The notes below the pieces were generated by a model. The model ran no database searches. It was not told where the DNA came from and saw only the letters and a list, made by a program, of their open reading frames with translations. From contig DASYRI010000070.1 in assembly GCA_036004545.1 (NCBI GenBank), positions 5,252 to 69,251 on the forward strand: 64,000 nt of DNA, in the 5' to 3' direction. The DNA comes from Gemmatimonadales bacterium. Lineage in GTDB: Bacteria; Gemmatimonadota; Gemmatimonadetes; Gemmatimonadales; GWC2-71-9. The position numbers and the translations under genes were made by a program. The number at the start of each line of letters is the position of its first letter. Position 1 is the stretch's first letter. Positions 25,839 through 35,657 of the stretch are shown here, one piece after another.

Positions 25839-27659
25839 TCACGGATGCGAGGAGGGATCGGGGGCGGGGCCGGCCGGCCGCCCGGGGGGGCGGCGGCGCG
25901 CCGGGTCGGCTTGCTTGCGGAACGAGAGCCGCTGGCGCGCCTCCACCGGAAGCTCCTGGAGGCGGCTCTGGCGCGCCTGGACGTCGGACACCGGTGGGAG
26001 GGTCCGGGTGAGCTCGCGCTGGCGGAGGTACTCGGCGGCGCCGACGTATTCGGCGTCGAGGTTCATCCCGCTGCCGCGCCGCTCCGCCGCGGCGGCCATC
26101 AGCCGCTGCCACGCTTCCTGCGCCCGCGGCGCGAGCCCCGGGAGCGCGTCGCCGGCGGCGGCTTCGGGCGCGAGCGCCACGAGCGCCTCGAAGATCTCGC
26201 GATAGGCCGGCACCTCGAGCTGGCTGGCCGGGATCTCGGCTCGCGCCCGCGCGCGCCACTCCGGGGCGGAGAGGAGCGTCTCGAGCAGGCGCGCCTCGAT
26301 CCGGGCCCCGGGACGGAGCCGGCGGGCCTCCGGCGCCCCGGTCCGCCCGCCCGGTCCCGCGGGCGGCGGCGGCAAAGGCTCGGGGTGCGCGGCGAGCTCC
26401 TGCTCCAGCACGGCACGCTTGACCCCGGTGAGCTCCTCGATCCGCCTGAGGTAGAGATCGCGGGTTATGGGATCGGCCGCGGCGCGCGCGGTGGGCAGCA
26501 GCCGGTCGAGCGCCTCGCGGCGGTGCTCCAGGCCCTCGAACCAGCCCTTGCGCTCCAGCAGCTGGATCTTCCGGTCGAGCACGTCCACCGCGTCCCGGAG
26601 GATCGGGGCGAGCGCCGACGCCCCCCCGGTGCGCACGAGGGAGTCCGGGTCCTCGCCCGTGGGCATCGTCGCCACCCGGACCCGCATCTTGTGGCGGAGA
26701 CACTCATCCGCCGCGCGGAAGCTGGCGCGGAGACCGGCCGAATCGCTGTCGTAGAGGAGGAGCGCGAGCGGTGCGACGCGGCGGAGCAGCGCCGCCTGGT
26801 CCGGTGTGAGCGCGGTGCCCAGCGGGGCCACCACATGATCCAGGCCGGCGAGCACCAGCCGGAGCACGTCGAAGTAGCCTTCGACGAGGATCACCGCCTC
26901 CTCGCGGCGGATCGCCTGTTTGGCCTCGTGCAGGTTGTAGAGCATCGAGCCCTTGTGGAAGATCGGGCTCTCGGGCGAATTGAGATACTTGGGCTCGCCG
27001 GGGCCGAGGAGCCGGCCCCCGAAGCCGACCACGCGGCCGCGGAGATCCCGGATTGGGAAGAGGAGCCGCCCGCGGAACCGCGGCACCACGGTCCCGTCCT
27101 CCCGGGTCGCCAGGAGCCCGGCCTCGAGCAGCTCCCGCTCGGCGAGCCCGAGCTGGCGCATCGCCTCGAGGAACCCGGAGCCGCGGGGTGCGAAGCCGAG
27201 CCCCTGTTCCCCGGCCACCTCGAGGGGAATCTCCCGCCCGGCGAGGTAGCTCCGCGCCGGCTCCGCCTCGGGATCGTCGCAGAGCCGCGCCGCGAACCAT
27301 TCCTGCGCCACCGCCGCCGCGGTGAAGAGCGGCTCCCGCGGATCGGGGCCTTCCCGCCCCCCGCGCTCCGGCACCGTGATGCCGACCCGCCGCGCCACCT
27401 CGCGCACCGCGGAGGGATAGTCGAGGCCCTGCTTCTTCATGTAATACTTGAAGACGTCGCCCGCCTCGTGACAGACGTAGCAGTAGTACATCCCCTTCTT
27501 CGGGATCACCGCGAAGTTCCGGTGGGTGCCGCCGTGGAACGGACAGGAACCCCGGTAGTCCGACCCGGTCCGCTTGAGCGACACCGCTTCCCCGATGATC
27601 TCGACCAGGTTCGCGCTGTCGCGGATCTGCTCGATCAGCTCGTCGGGGATCATGCTCAT
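25839..27659 (-). CDS. dnaG: DNA primase
   Basis: Zinc finger CPFHGG..RNF.....YYCY.C, TOPRIM (EGYFDV, DSD.AG). Confidence 0.95.
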   Translation of the reverse strand: MSMIPDELIEQIRDSANLVEIIGEAVSLKRTGSDYRGSCPFHGGTHRNFAVIPKKGMYYCYVCHEAGDVFKYYMKKQGLDYPSAVREVARRVGITVPERGGREGPDPREPLFTAAAVAQEWFAARLCDDPEAEPARSYLAGREIPLEVAGEQGLGFAPRGSGFLEAMRQLGLAERELLEAGLLATREDGTVVPRFRGRLLFPIRDLRGRVVGFGGRLLGPGEPKYLNSPESPIFHKGSMLYNLHEAKQAIRREEAVILVEGYFDVLRLVLAGLDHVVAPLGTALTPDQAALLRRVAPLALLLYDSDSAGLRASFRAADECLRHKMRVRVATMPTGEDPDSLVRTGGASALAPILRDAVDVLDRKIQLLERKGWFEGLEHRREALDRLLPTARAAADPITRDLYLRRIEELTGVKRAVLEQELAAHPEPLPPPPAGPGGRTGAPEARRLRPGARIEARLLETLLSAPEWRARARAEIPASQLEVPAYREIFEALVALAPEAAAGDALPGLAPRAQEAWQRLMAAAAERRGSGMNLDAEYVGAAEYLRQRELTRTLPPVSDVQARQSRLQELPVEARQRLSFRKQADPARRRPPGRPAGPAPDPSSHP

Positions 27660-30130
27660 CCGCCGAGCTCCGCGATGGTGACGCCGGTGCCGCCCTGGTT
27701 CCGGGGCGCGAAGTCGAATTTCACCACCCGGCGGTCGGCGCCGAGCAGCCGCCGCACCCGCTCCCGCACCACGCCGGTACCCATGCCGTGAATGATCTTG
27801 AGGTAGGGATGATCGGCGAGGACCGCCGCGTCGAGCGCCGCGACGGTCATCGCCTCGGCTTCGTCGCCGCGGAGGCCGCGGAGGTCGATCTCGAAGGGGC
27901 TGGGGAGCTGGGGAGCTGGGGAGCTGGGGTGGCGGGGCGTCCTGGCACCCGAGCTCCCGAGCTCCCCAGCACCCTGCTCCACCGCCACCAGCTCCCCCAC
28001 CGGCACCACCATCCGAACCGCCCCCGCCTGCACTACCGCCTTGCCGTCGCCGCGGAGCTCGACCAGCTCCCCGACGCTTCCGGTGCCGAGCCGGACCCGC
28101 CGGCCGGGCACCAGCGCGCCGCCGCCGCCGGGTGAAGCCGGCTCGGGCTCGGGGCTTCCGGCGAGCGCCGCGCCCTCCATCCGGATCGCATCCTCGAGCA
28201 TTCGCCGCGCCTCCCGGGCCGAGTGCTCGTCGCTCGCCTGCGCGGCCGCCCGGAGTGCCGCCTCCACCCGCTCGCGCGCCTCGAGGAGAACCCGGCGTGC
28301 CTCGGCGCGGGCCCGCCGCTCGGCGTCCTTCTCGCGGGCGCGGAGCTCCCGCTCCCGCGCCTGCTGCTGCTCGGCCTGCAGTGCGAGCCGCGCGTTTTCC
28401 CGTTCCGCCTCCGCGAGCCGGTCGGCGAGCACGGCCTGGTCGGCCGCGAGCTGCCTGACCCGCGCTTCCGCGGCTTCGAGCAGCCGATCAAGCGCGCGCT
28501 CCGGGTCGGACACCCGCCCCTCCGCATCGGCGAGGACGTCGGCCCGGACGCCGAGCCGCCGGGCGATCGCGAGCCCATAGGAGCGGCCCGGCATCCCCTT
28601 CTCGAACCGGAAGGTGGGCGCCAGCCGCTCGGCGTCGAACTGGAGCGAGCCGTTGACGATCCCCTCGGTCTGGGCGGCGAGGGCCTTGAGCGCGCCGAGG
28701 TGCGTCGTCGCAACCGTCCGCGCGCCGCGCCGGGTGAGGGCCCGGAGCGCCGCGGCGGCCAGGGCCGCGCCTTCGGCGGGATCGGTCCCGCTCCCGATCT
28801 CATCAATCAGGACCAGGGTCGCGGCGTCCGCCTCGTCCAGCACCCGCCGGAGCGTCGCGACGTGCGCGCTGAAGGTCGAGAGGTCCGCCGCGATGGATTG
28901 GTGGTCCCCGATGTCGGCCACGACCCGCTCGAACACCGGCAGCGCGCTCCCCGGACCGAGCGGGGGCGCGATGCCGCTCTGCACCAGGAGAGCCGCGAGC
29001 CCGACGGTCTTGAGCAGGACGGTCTTGCCGCCGGTGTTGGGGCCGCTGATGAGGAGGGTCTGCTCGCCCGGATCGAGGGTGAGGTCGAAGGGAACGACCT
29101 CCACGCCGCGGCTCAGGAGGAGCGGATGCCGGGCCTGGCGGAGCGTGAGCCCCGATCCGGCCCGCCCCACCGCGGGTACCGCCGCGCCCGCGCCGCGCGC
29201 GTAGCGGGCGCGGGCCACGAGATCGTCGAAGGCGACGCACATCCGGTGCGCCGCACCGAGGCCGTCCGCATGGGGGCGAAGCCGCACGGTGAGCTCGCGG
29301 AGGACCTTGAGCGCCTCGCGCTCGGCCTGCACGGCGGCGGCGCGGAGCGCGTTCCCCAGCTCGATCGCCGCGGCGGGCTCGATGAACAGCGTCCCGGCGC
29401 TCGCCGACTCGTCGTGCACGATGCCGTCGGGCCGCGCGCGGTCGTCGCGCCGGACCGGGATCACGTAGCGCCCGTTCCGCAAGGTGACTCCGCCCCCGGC
29501 GCCCGCCGCCGACCCATCGAGGCCGTGCAGCACCGCCTCGAGCTTCTTCACCAGCCGCTCCCGCGCGGCGTGCACCTCGCGCCGGGAGTGGAGCAGCGCC
29601 GGGCTCGCCGAGTCGAGCAGCTCGCCGGCTTCGTCCACCGACTCGGCGAGTCGTTTTTCCATGGCCGGCTCGGGCAGCGGCACTCGCATCGCCGCGGTGA
29701 GCGGCGCCCGCTCCGCGATGCGGCGGAGCTCCGCCGCCACCTGGCGCGCGGCGCTCAGGGTGCGATGCACCGCCGCCAGCTCCACCCCCTCGAGTACGCT
29801 CCCCTCGAGACGGAGCCGCCCGAGCACGGCGTCGAGCTCCGGCACGTCGAACGCGACCGGGGCATCGCCCCGCGCCATGAGCTCGAGGAGCTCCGCCACC
29901 GGCGCGAGCTCCCCCTCGATCCACGCCGGGTCCGCCGAGGGCCGGCGAGCGCGGACCCGGGCGGCGCCGGCCGGTCCCGCCGCGTGGCCGGCGACCTGCT
30001 CCAGCACCCGGTCGAACTCGAGCACCTCGAGCGCCGCCGCGGACGCCTCCGGCCCGATGGGGAACGGGGTGCCGGCACCCTGGTGCGCCGACACCCCGTT
30101 GCGTGATTTCGTGGTCTTCGGGGCCGTCAT
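27656..30130 (-). CDS. mutS2: endonuclease MutS2 (MutS domain plus C-terminal Smr)
   Basis: Walker A GPNTGGKT, DE box LIDEIGSGTDP, Smr EIDLRGLR..EA...HG.G.G. Confidence 0.95.
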   Translation of the reverse strand: MTAPKTTKSRNGVSAHQGAGTPFPIGPEASAAALEVLEFDRVLEQVAGHAAGPAGAARVRARRPSADPAWIEGELAPVAELLELMARGDAPVAFDVPELDAVLGRLRLEGSVLEGVELAAVHRTLSAARQVAAELRRIAERAPLTAAMRVPLPEPAMEKRLAESVDEAGELLDSASPALLHSRREVHAARERLVKKLEAVLHGLDGSAAGAGGGVTLRNGRYVIPVRRDDRARPDGIVHDESASAGTLFIEPAAAIELGNALRAAAVQAEREALKVLRELTVRLRPHADGLGAAHRMCVAFDDLVARARYARGAGAAVPAVGRAGSGLTLRQARHPLLLSRGVEVVPFDLTLDPGEQTLLISGPNTGGKTVLLKTVGLAALLVQSGIAPPLGPGSALPVFERVVADIGDHQSIAADLSTFSAHVATLRRVLDEADAATLVLIDEIGSGTDPAEGAALAAAALRALTRRGARTVATTHLGALKALAAQTEGIVNGSLQFDAERLAPTFRFEKGMPGRSYGLAIARRLGVRADVLADAEGRVSDPERALDRLLEAAEARVRQLAADQAVLADRLAEAERENARLALQAEQQQARERELRAREKDAERRARAEARRVLLEARERVEAALRAAAQASDEHSAREARRMLEDAIRMEGAALAGSPEPEPASPGGGGALVPGRRVRLGTGSVGELVELRGDGKAVVQAGAVRMVVPVGELVAVEQGAGELGSSGARTPRHPSSPAPQLPSPFEIDLRGLRGDEAEAMTVAALDAAVLADHPYLKIIHGMGTGVVRERVRRLLGADRRVVKFDFAPRNQGGTGVTIAELGG
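27899..27972. repeat. imperfect palindrome of (TGGGGAGC)n / (GAGCTCCC)n octamers, in-frame in mutS2
   Basis: tggggagc x3 (27901-27924) ... gagctccc gagctccc cagc (27951-27970). Encodes the linker GELGSSGARTPRHPSSPAPQLPS just before the Smr domain. Confidence 0.8.
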
Positions 30131-30157
30131 CCGGCCGGGAGGCCCTTGCGGCGGGGT

Positions 30158-30355
30158 CTAGCCATGCGACCACCGGGAGCCCCGCCGGATGTTCCGCGCA
30201 GCGGCGCTCTCCCGGCGCTTGCGTCGTTCACCGGGCTTCTCGTCGTGGCGGTGCTTGCGGAGGTCCGACAGGATTCCCGCCTTCTCGCACTTCTTCCTGA
30301 AGCGTCTCAACGCAGCTTCGAAGCTTTCGTCATCGTGAATGACGATTTCCGGCAT
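30158..30355 (-). CDS. rpsU: 30S ribosomal protein S21
   Basis: ..I.....ESFE.ALRRF.K.CEK.G.L...R....EKP. Confidence 0.95.
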   Translation of the reverse strand: MPEIVIHDDESFEAALRRFRKKCEKAGILSDLRKHRHDEKPGERRKRRESAAARNIRRGSRWSHG

Positions 30356-30448
30356 GCCGGACGTTACCCCTTGCGGGCCCCCCTTGGGCCGGCGCGCTCA
30401 TGCGGTACAGCATATCCATGCGCGCCGAGTGACGCAAGCCGACGCGCT

Positions 30449-30799
30449 TCATCCCGGCGGCCAGGTCATGCGGCGCCCGCCCAGCAGGTGCACGTGCAGG
30501 TGGGCGACCGACTGGCCGCCGTCGGAGCCGACGTTCATCACCAGCCGATATCCACTCTTCACGAGCCCCAGCTGCTCGGCGACCTGCGCTGCCAGCCGCA
30601 CGGTGCGCCCGGCGATCCGCTCGCCCTCCTCGCTGTCGGCGGCGGCGGCGTTCGCCAGGTGGACCGTGGGCACCACGAGCACGTGGGTGGGCGCCTGGGG
30701 ATTGAGGTCGTGAAAGGCCACGCCGAAGGCGGTGCGGACGACCTCCCTCGCCGGGATCTCGCCGGCGACGATGCGACAGAAGAGGCAGTCATTGCTCAT
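30449..30799 (-). CDS. HIT family (histidine triad) protein
   Basis: C.FC.I..GE.P, and HLHVHLLGG (HxHxHxx). Confidence 0.9.
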   Translation of the reverse strand: MSNDCLFCRIVAGEIPAREVVRTAFGVAFHDLNPQAPTHVLVVPTVHLANAAAADSEEGERIAGRTVRLAAQVAEQLGLVKSGYRLVMNVGSDGGQSVAHLHVHLLGGRRMTWPPG

Positions 30800-31505
30800 G
30801 AGACCTCCGGGGTCGTTGGCTCGCGATCACCGCCGCCGCAGCGAGGGCCGCCGTCTCGAAGCGGAGCAGGTCGGGCGCGAACCGCACCCGCCGAAACCCG
30901 GCGGCGAGAAACGCGTCCCGCTCGGGCTGCACCAGCCCGCCTTCGGGCCCCACCACCACGAGGAGCGGCGCCTCGGCGGGGAGCGTCGGCGGCGGCTCGC
31001 CGGTGGGATCGGCGAGCCAGCGGTAGTCGCCCACGCCCTGCGCGGCGGCGGTGCGCACGTCCACCGGCATGATGATCCGGGGCGCCCACGGCGCGCCCGA
31101 CTGCTTGATCGCCTGGCGCGCCCGCCGCTGGAGCGCGAGCACATGGCCCTCGCGGATGCCGGCCGCGACGCTCCGGGTCCGCTCGGTCTTGAGCGGGACG
31201 AGATCGGTGACGCCGAGCTCGGCGGACTTCTCCGCCAGCCAGGCGAACCGCTCCTTGTCGCCGGCACCGACGATCAGCGCGAAGAGAGGCGGCGGGGGGA
31301 CCGTGCGAGCGCGCACGACCAGAAACCCGAAGCCGTCGCCGTTCCTGACCAGGCGCCCGGCCGCCACCACGCCGGCCCCGTCCAGCGCGCGCAGCTCCTC
31401 GCCGACCGCCGCCCGCAGGACCCGCAGATGATGCCGCTCCTCCTCGTCGAGCATCACGATGGTGCCCACGACCAGCTTGCCGGGCCCGGTGAGAACGGAA
31501 TGCAT
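30789..31505 (-). CDS. rsmE: 16S rRNA (uracil1498-N3)-methyltransferase
   Basis: RsmE/SPOUT: ..HH..VLR...G, ..K.ERF.W...K..ELGV, GPEGG....E. Start at MHSV, 1 nt after the prmA stop. Confidence 0.85.
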   Translation of the reverse strand: MHSVLTGPGKLVVGTIVMLDEEERHHLRVLRAAVGEELRALDGAGVVAAGRLVRNGDGFGFLVVRARTVPPPPLFALIVGAGDKERFAWLAEKSAELGVTDLVPLKTERTRSVAAGIREGHVLALQRRARQAIKQSGAPWAPRIIMPVDVRTAAAQGVGDYRWLADPTGEPPPTLPAEAPLLVVVGPEGGLVQPERDAFLAAGFRRVRFAPDLLRFETAALAAAAVIASQRPRRSHEQ

Positions 31506-31506
31506 C

Positions 31507-32337
31507 TCAGCCGCGCCGCGCGGCGACGGCCCACCACCCGTCGTCCACAGTGTCGTCCAGCGCGACGAAGTCCGCGGCCGCCAGCGCCGGGAGAAAGCGC
31601 TCCCGCTCGGACAGCTCCATTCCCGCGAAGACGGCGATGCCGCCCGGCTCGAGGGCGGCGCGGAGCGCGGCGAGCAGGGCCACGTTGGTCGTCCGCAGGA
31701 TGTTGGAGAGGACGAGCTCGACCGGCCCGAGCAGCGGCGCCAGCGCCTCCGCAAAGCCGGCGACGAACCGCACCCGGTGGGCGACCCCATTCCGCACCGC
31801 GTTCGCCCGCGCGACCGGCTCGGCCTCCTCATCGAGCTCGATCCCGGTGGCGCGCACGGCGCCGAGCTTCGCCGCCGCGATCGCGAGGATGCCGCTCCCG
31901 CTGCCGACGTCTAGCACCCGGTCGCCGGGCCGGAGATGGCGGTCGAGCAGGACCAGCGCGGTGCGGGTTGAGGCGTGCTCGCCGGTGCCGAAGGCGGTTT
32001 CCGGATCAATGACGACCGTGTGGGCTCCCCCCCCGGGCGCCGCGGCCCAGCTCGGCGTCACGGTGAGCCGGCCGATCTGCCGGGGACCGAGTCCCTCGCG
32101 CCAGCGCTCCTGCCAGGCGATGTCCGGGAGCGTCCGGGCTGCGGCCCTGACCTCCCCGCCGAACGCCGCGTGGAGCTCCGCCAGGACCGCGCCTGCGTCC
32201 GCCCGGCTCGGCGCGAAGGCAACCAGGGTACCGTCTTCCCGCTCCTCGACCGCGAGCCCGGTCCGGCCGACGAGCCACGCGGCTACCGCGTCACGGCTCT
32301 CTTCCGGGCTCCGGACGTCGAGGGCGCGGCCCCTCAT
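31507..32337 (-). CDS. prmA: ribosomal protein L11 methyltransferase
   Basis: ID...[35 protein letters not shown] overlap with the dnaJ stop. Confidence 0.9.
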   Translation of the reverse strand: MRGRALDVRSPEESRDAVAAWLVGRTGLAVEEREDGTLVAFAPSRADAGAVLAELHAAFGGEVRAAARTLPDIAWQERWREGLGPRQIGRLTVTPSWAAAPGGGAHTVVIDPETAFGTGEHASTRTALVLLDRHLRPGDRVLDVGSGSGILAIAAAKLGAVRATGIELDEEAEPVARANAVRNGVAHRVRFVAGFAEALAPLLGPVELVLSNILRTTNVALLAALRAALEPGGIAVFAGMELSERERFLPALAAADFVALDDTVDDGWWAVAARRG

Positions 32338-33458
32338 GCGCCGAGCGCCTCCTTGAGGCGGGACCAGAAGCTGCTGCCTTCCTTGGGGGGCGCACCCTCC
32401 ACCTTGGCCAGCTCCTCGAGCAGCCGCCGCTGCTCGCCGGTGAGATCCTGCGGGGTCCAGACGTGGACCCGGATGTTGAGATCGCCCGCGCCGTTCTGGC
32501 CCAGGCGGGGGAGTCCCTTGCCGCGGAGCCGCAGCAGGGTACCGGACTGCACGCCGGCCGGGACGGCGAGACGCTCCTCGCCGAGCGGGGTCGGCACGGT
32601 CACGGTGGTGCCGAGGGCGGCCTGGCTGAAGGAAAGCGGCAGGTCGAAGATCAGATCGTCGCCGTGGCGCTCGAAGCGCTCGTCGTCCTTCACCTCGATC
32701 ATGATCAGCAGGTCGCCCGCCGGGCCGTTGCGGCGGCCGGCGGCTCCCTGGCCGCGGAGGGTGATGTAATTGTTGCTCGAGACCCCGGCCGGAATATCCA
32801 CCGACACCGACCGCTCGCCGCGCACCCGACCCTCGCCCCGGCACGGCTCGCAGGGATCGGTGATGATCGTCCCCTCCCCGCCGCAGTCGGGACAGGGACC
32901 CACCGAGACGAACTGGCCGAACATGCTGCGGGTGGCGCGGCGCACCTCGCCCCCGCCGCCGCAGGTCCGGCAGGTCGTGGGCCGGGTGGCTCGGGCGCTG
33001 CCGGTGCCCTTGCACGCCTCGCAGGGCAGGAGGGTCTTGAGCTTGACGCTGCGCCGCGCGCCGCTGGCGACCTCCTTGAGACTAACCCGCACCGTCACCC
33101 GGATGTCCTGGCCGCGGCGGACCTCGCCTCGCGGCTGCCCGCCGCCGAAGAGCGCCTCGAAGCCCCCGAGGCCCCCGAAATCGCGCATGAAGATGTTGAG
33201 CGCCTCGGAGAGGTCCACGTGGTGGAAGCCGGCCGTGCCGCCCCGGAGCCCGGCCTCGCCGTAGCGGTCGTAGGCGGCGCGCTTCTCCGGATCGGCCAGG
33301 ACCTCGTAGGCCTCGGCGATCTCCTTGAACTTCGCCTCGGCGTCGGACGCGGGGTTCCGGTCGGGATGGAACTCCATCGCGAGCCGCCGGTACGCCCGCT
33401 TGATCTCCTCCTCGGAAGCGTCGCGCGGGACGTCGAGGAGCTGGTAATAGTCGCTCAC
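32334..33458 (-). CDS. dnaJ: molecular chaperone DnaJ
   Basis: J domain with HPD, G/F region, four CxxCxGxG repeats. Confidence 0.97.
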   Translation of the reverse strand: MSDYYQLLDVPRDASEEEIKRAYRRLAMEFHPDRNPASDAEAKFKEIAEAYEVLADPEKRAAYDRYGEAGLRGGTAGFHHVDLSEALNIFMRDFGGLGGFEALFGGGQPRGEVRRGQDIRVTVRVSLKEVASGARRSVKLKTLLPCEACKGTGSARATRPTTCRTCGGGGEVRRATRSMFGQFVSVGPCPDCGGEGTIITDPCEPCRGEGRVRGERSVSVDIPAGVSSNNYITLRGQGAAGRRNGPAGDLLIMIEVKDDERFERHGDDLIFDLPLSFSQAALGTTVTVPTPLGEERLAVPAGVQSGTLLRLRGKGLPRLGQNGAGDLNIRVHVWTPQDLTGEQRRLLEELAKVEGAPPKEGSSFWSRLKEALGA

Positions 33459-34495
33459 TCCATCAAGCCTTCCACCATGCGGCTGGTGTGTTCCACCAGC
33501 CCGATGATCTTGTCGTAGGGCATCCGGGTGGGCCCCAGCACGCCGATGACGCCGCTCAGGCTGCCCCGCCGGTAGGCCGAGGTGACCAGGGTGAATTCCG
33601 CCAGGCGGGGATCGCTGTTCTCGCTGCCGATCGTGATCCGGAGCCCGCGGCGGTGGTGCTCCTCGAACGCCTGGCGGAGCACGTCGCGGCGCTCGGTCAG
33701 ATCGAGGAGCTCGCGCATCCGGAAGTTGGAGGCGAATTCCGGCTGCTCGGCCAGCGGCTGGGCGCTCCCCAGGACCACCGCGCCTTCGAGGTCGGAGAAG
33801 TCGAAGAGGTCCTCTCCCTGCGCCACGAAGATGTTGAGGAGCTCCGCGCCGTCCTCGGGGCGGGCCGCGTCGCGGAGCCGTTCGGAGAGGGTGAGGCGGA
33901 TCTCCCGGAGCGGTAGCCCCGCCAGCCGCTCGTTGAGAATCCGGGAGATGTGGTCCACCGCCGCGGGGGCCACCGCCGCGGGGAGCTCGACGAAGATGGT
34001 CCGGACCAGCCCGCTCTGCAGCGTGAGCACGGCGAGGAGCCGCTCGCCGCTCACCCGCACCAGCTCCAGCCGCTCCAGTACCAGCCCGTCGAGCGCGGGG
34101 GCGATCGCCACGCCCAGCTCCTGGGTCAGCACCCCGAGGACCTGCGCGGCGCGGAGGAGAATCTCCTCGATCGCGCTCCGCGCGGCGGGGGCGATCTCGC
34201 TCTCCAGCCGGGCCCGGGCCCTCTCCGCCAGGGGCTTCGCCGGCAGGAGCTGATTGACGTACAGCCGGTAGCCGCGGTCGGTGGGAATGCGCCCGCCCGA
34301 GGTGTGCGCGTGGAAGAGGTAGCCCATCACCTCGAGCTCGCTCATGGTGCTCCGCACCGAGGCGGGAGAAATGCCTAGGCGCGACCGCTGCGCGACCGAC
34401 TGGCTGCCGGCCGGCTGCGCGGTCTCGACGTAAATCTGGATCACCGCGGCGAGCACCCGGAACTGGCGCTCGGTGAGGCCCTCGCTGCTCTGCAT
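33455..34495 (-). CDS. hrcA: heat-inducible transcription repressor HrcA
   Basis: L..R...VL...I..Y.....P.GS..........S.ATIR..M..LE..G. Confidence 0.95.
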   Translation of the reverse strand: MQSSEGLTERQFRVLAAVIQIYVETAQPAGSQSVAQRSRLGISPASVRSTMSELEVMGYLFHAHTSGGRIPTDRGYRLYVNQLLPAKPLAERARARLESEIAPAARSAIEEILLRAAQVLGVLTQELGVAIAPALDGLVLERLELVRVSGERLLAVLTLQSGLVRTIFVELPAAVAPAAVDHISRILNERLAGLPLREIRLTLSERLRDAARPEDGAELLNIFVAQGEDLFDFSDLEGAVVLGSAQPLAEQPEFASNFRMRELLDLTERRDVLRQAFEEHHRRGLRITIGSENSDPRLAEFTLVTSAYRRGSLSGVIGVLGPTRMPYDKIIGLVEHTSRMVEGLME

Positions 34496-34505
34496 AACAG
34501 AAAAA

Positions 34506-35612
34506 CTAGCAACGAGTTAGGCTGACCACCAGCGCGTCGAGCCGGAGCCACCCTTCGGGGGTGAGGACGAGCCGGCCGTCCCGGAGGGCGGCCCAGCCTT
34601 GCGCGAGCCACCCGGCGCGCGCCGGCGCGGCCACGCGGGAAGCCGCCAGCCCCAGGTCGGTCCGGAGCCCGAGATAGACTTCCTCCAGCTCGATCTGCTC
34701 CGCGGTGAGGGTCTCCGACTCCGCTAGCACCGGCGCCCCCGCTTCGCTCCGGCGCCGGTACTCCTCCCATTCCCGCACGTTCCAGGAGCGGGTCGCCCCG
34801 AGGCCGCTGTGGGCGGAGGGCCCGAGGCCGATGAACGGCTCCCGTCGCCAGTAGGCCGAGTTGTGGCGGGCGCGGAAGCCGGGCAGCGCCGCGTTCGACA
34901 CCTCGTAGTGCTCGAACCCGCACTCGACCAGTCGCTGATGCGCCTCCAGGTACTCGACGGCGGCCCCATCGTCGGAGGTGGGGAGCGACTCCCCCCGCGC
35001 GGTCCAGCGGCCCAGCGGCGTGCGCGGCTCGATGGTGAGGCCGTAGAGGGAGAGGTGGGTGGGCTCGAGCGCCAGGGCGCGGTCGAGGTCGGCCGCCCAG
35101 TCGCGGTCCACCGCGTGGGGAAGCGCATAGATCAGGTCCAGGGAGACGTCCCGGAACCCGGCGGCGCGGAGGGTCTCGACGGCGACCCCGATCTGTCCGG
35201 CGTCGTGGGTGCGGTGCATCCAGCCGAGCGCGGCGGGCGAGAACGACTGCGCGCCAAGCGAGACTCGGGTGACGCCGGCCCCGCGCCACACCTCGGCCGC
35301 CCGGGTGCTCACGTCGTCGGGATTCGCCTCCAGGGTGATTTCCGCATCGGGCGCGATCGGGCGGTCGGCGCGGACCCGCGCGAGCAGGCGCGCGACGTCG
35401 CCCGGATCGAGCCGCGACGGCGTGCCCCCGCCGAAATACACCGTGTCCACGGCCGGAGCGCCGGCCCACGCCGGATGCCGCTGCCACCACGTCCACTCCC
35501 GCTCGACGGCGGCCGCGTAGGCCGCGGAGGGGACTTCGCGGCGCACCGCGATGGCGAAGTCGCAGTAGCTGCACCGGCGGGCACAGAACGGGACGTGGAG
35601 GTAGAGGTGCAC
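34506..35612 (-). CDS. hemW: radical SAM heme chaperone HemW (HemN-like, oxygen-independent coproporphyrinogen oxidase family)
   Basis: LY.H.PFC...C.YCDF (CxxxCxxC) and the HemN_C region. GTG start. Confidence 0.9.
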   Translation of the reverse strand: MHLYLHVPFCARRCSYCDFAIAVRREVPSAAYAAAVEREWTWWQRHPAWAGAPAVDTVYFGGGTPSRLDPGDVARLLARVRADRPIAPDAEITLEANPDDVSTRAAEVWRGAGVTRVSLGAQSFSPAALGWMHRTHDAGQIGVAVETLRAAGFRDVSLDLIYALPHAVDRDWAADLDRALALEPTHLSLYGLTIEPRTPLGRWTARGESLPTSDDGAAVEYLEAHQRLVECGFEHYEVSNAALPGFRARHNSAYWRREPFIGLGPSAHSGLGATRSWNVREWEEYRRRSEAGAPVLAESETLTAEQIELEEVYLGLRTDLGLAASRVAAPARAGWLAQGWAALRDGRLVLTPEGWLRLDALVVSLTRC

Positions 35613-35630
35613 GGAGGGAATATGGGGCGG

Positions 35631-35657
35631 GTGTTGACCGTTGACAGTTGACGCAGG
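35631..35657. repeat. TTGAC(N) heptamer triplet (the GTCAAC word family in opposite orientation)
   Basis: gtgttgaccgttgacagttgacgcagg, in the dprA-hemW spacer. Confidence 0.7.

Noticed and set aside
34496-34530. Looked for a CIRCE element (TTAGCACTC-N9-GAGTGCTAA) upstream of hrcA.
   Set aside because: The hemW-hrcA spacer is only 10 nt (..ctagcaacgagttagg..) and matches neither half-site adequately. No CIRCE-like palindrome was seen elsewhere in the window.
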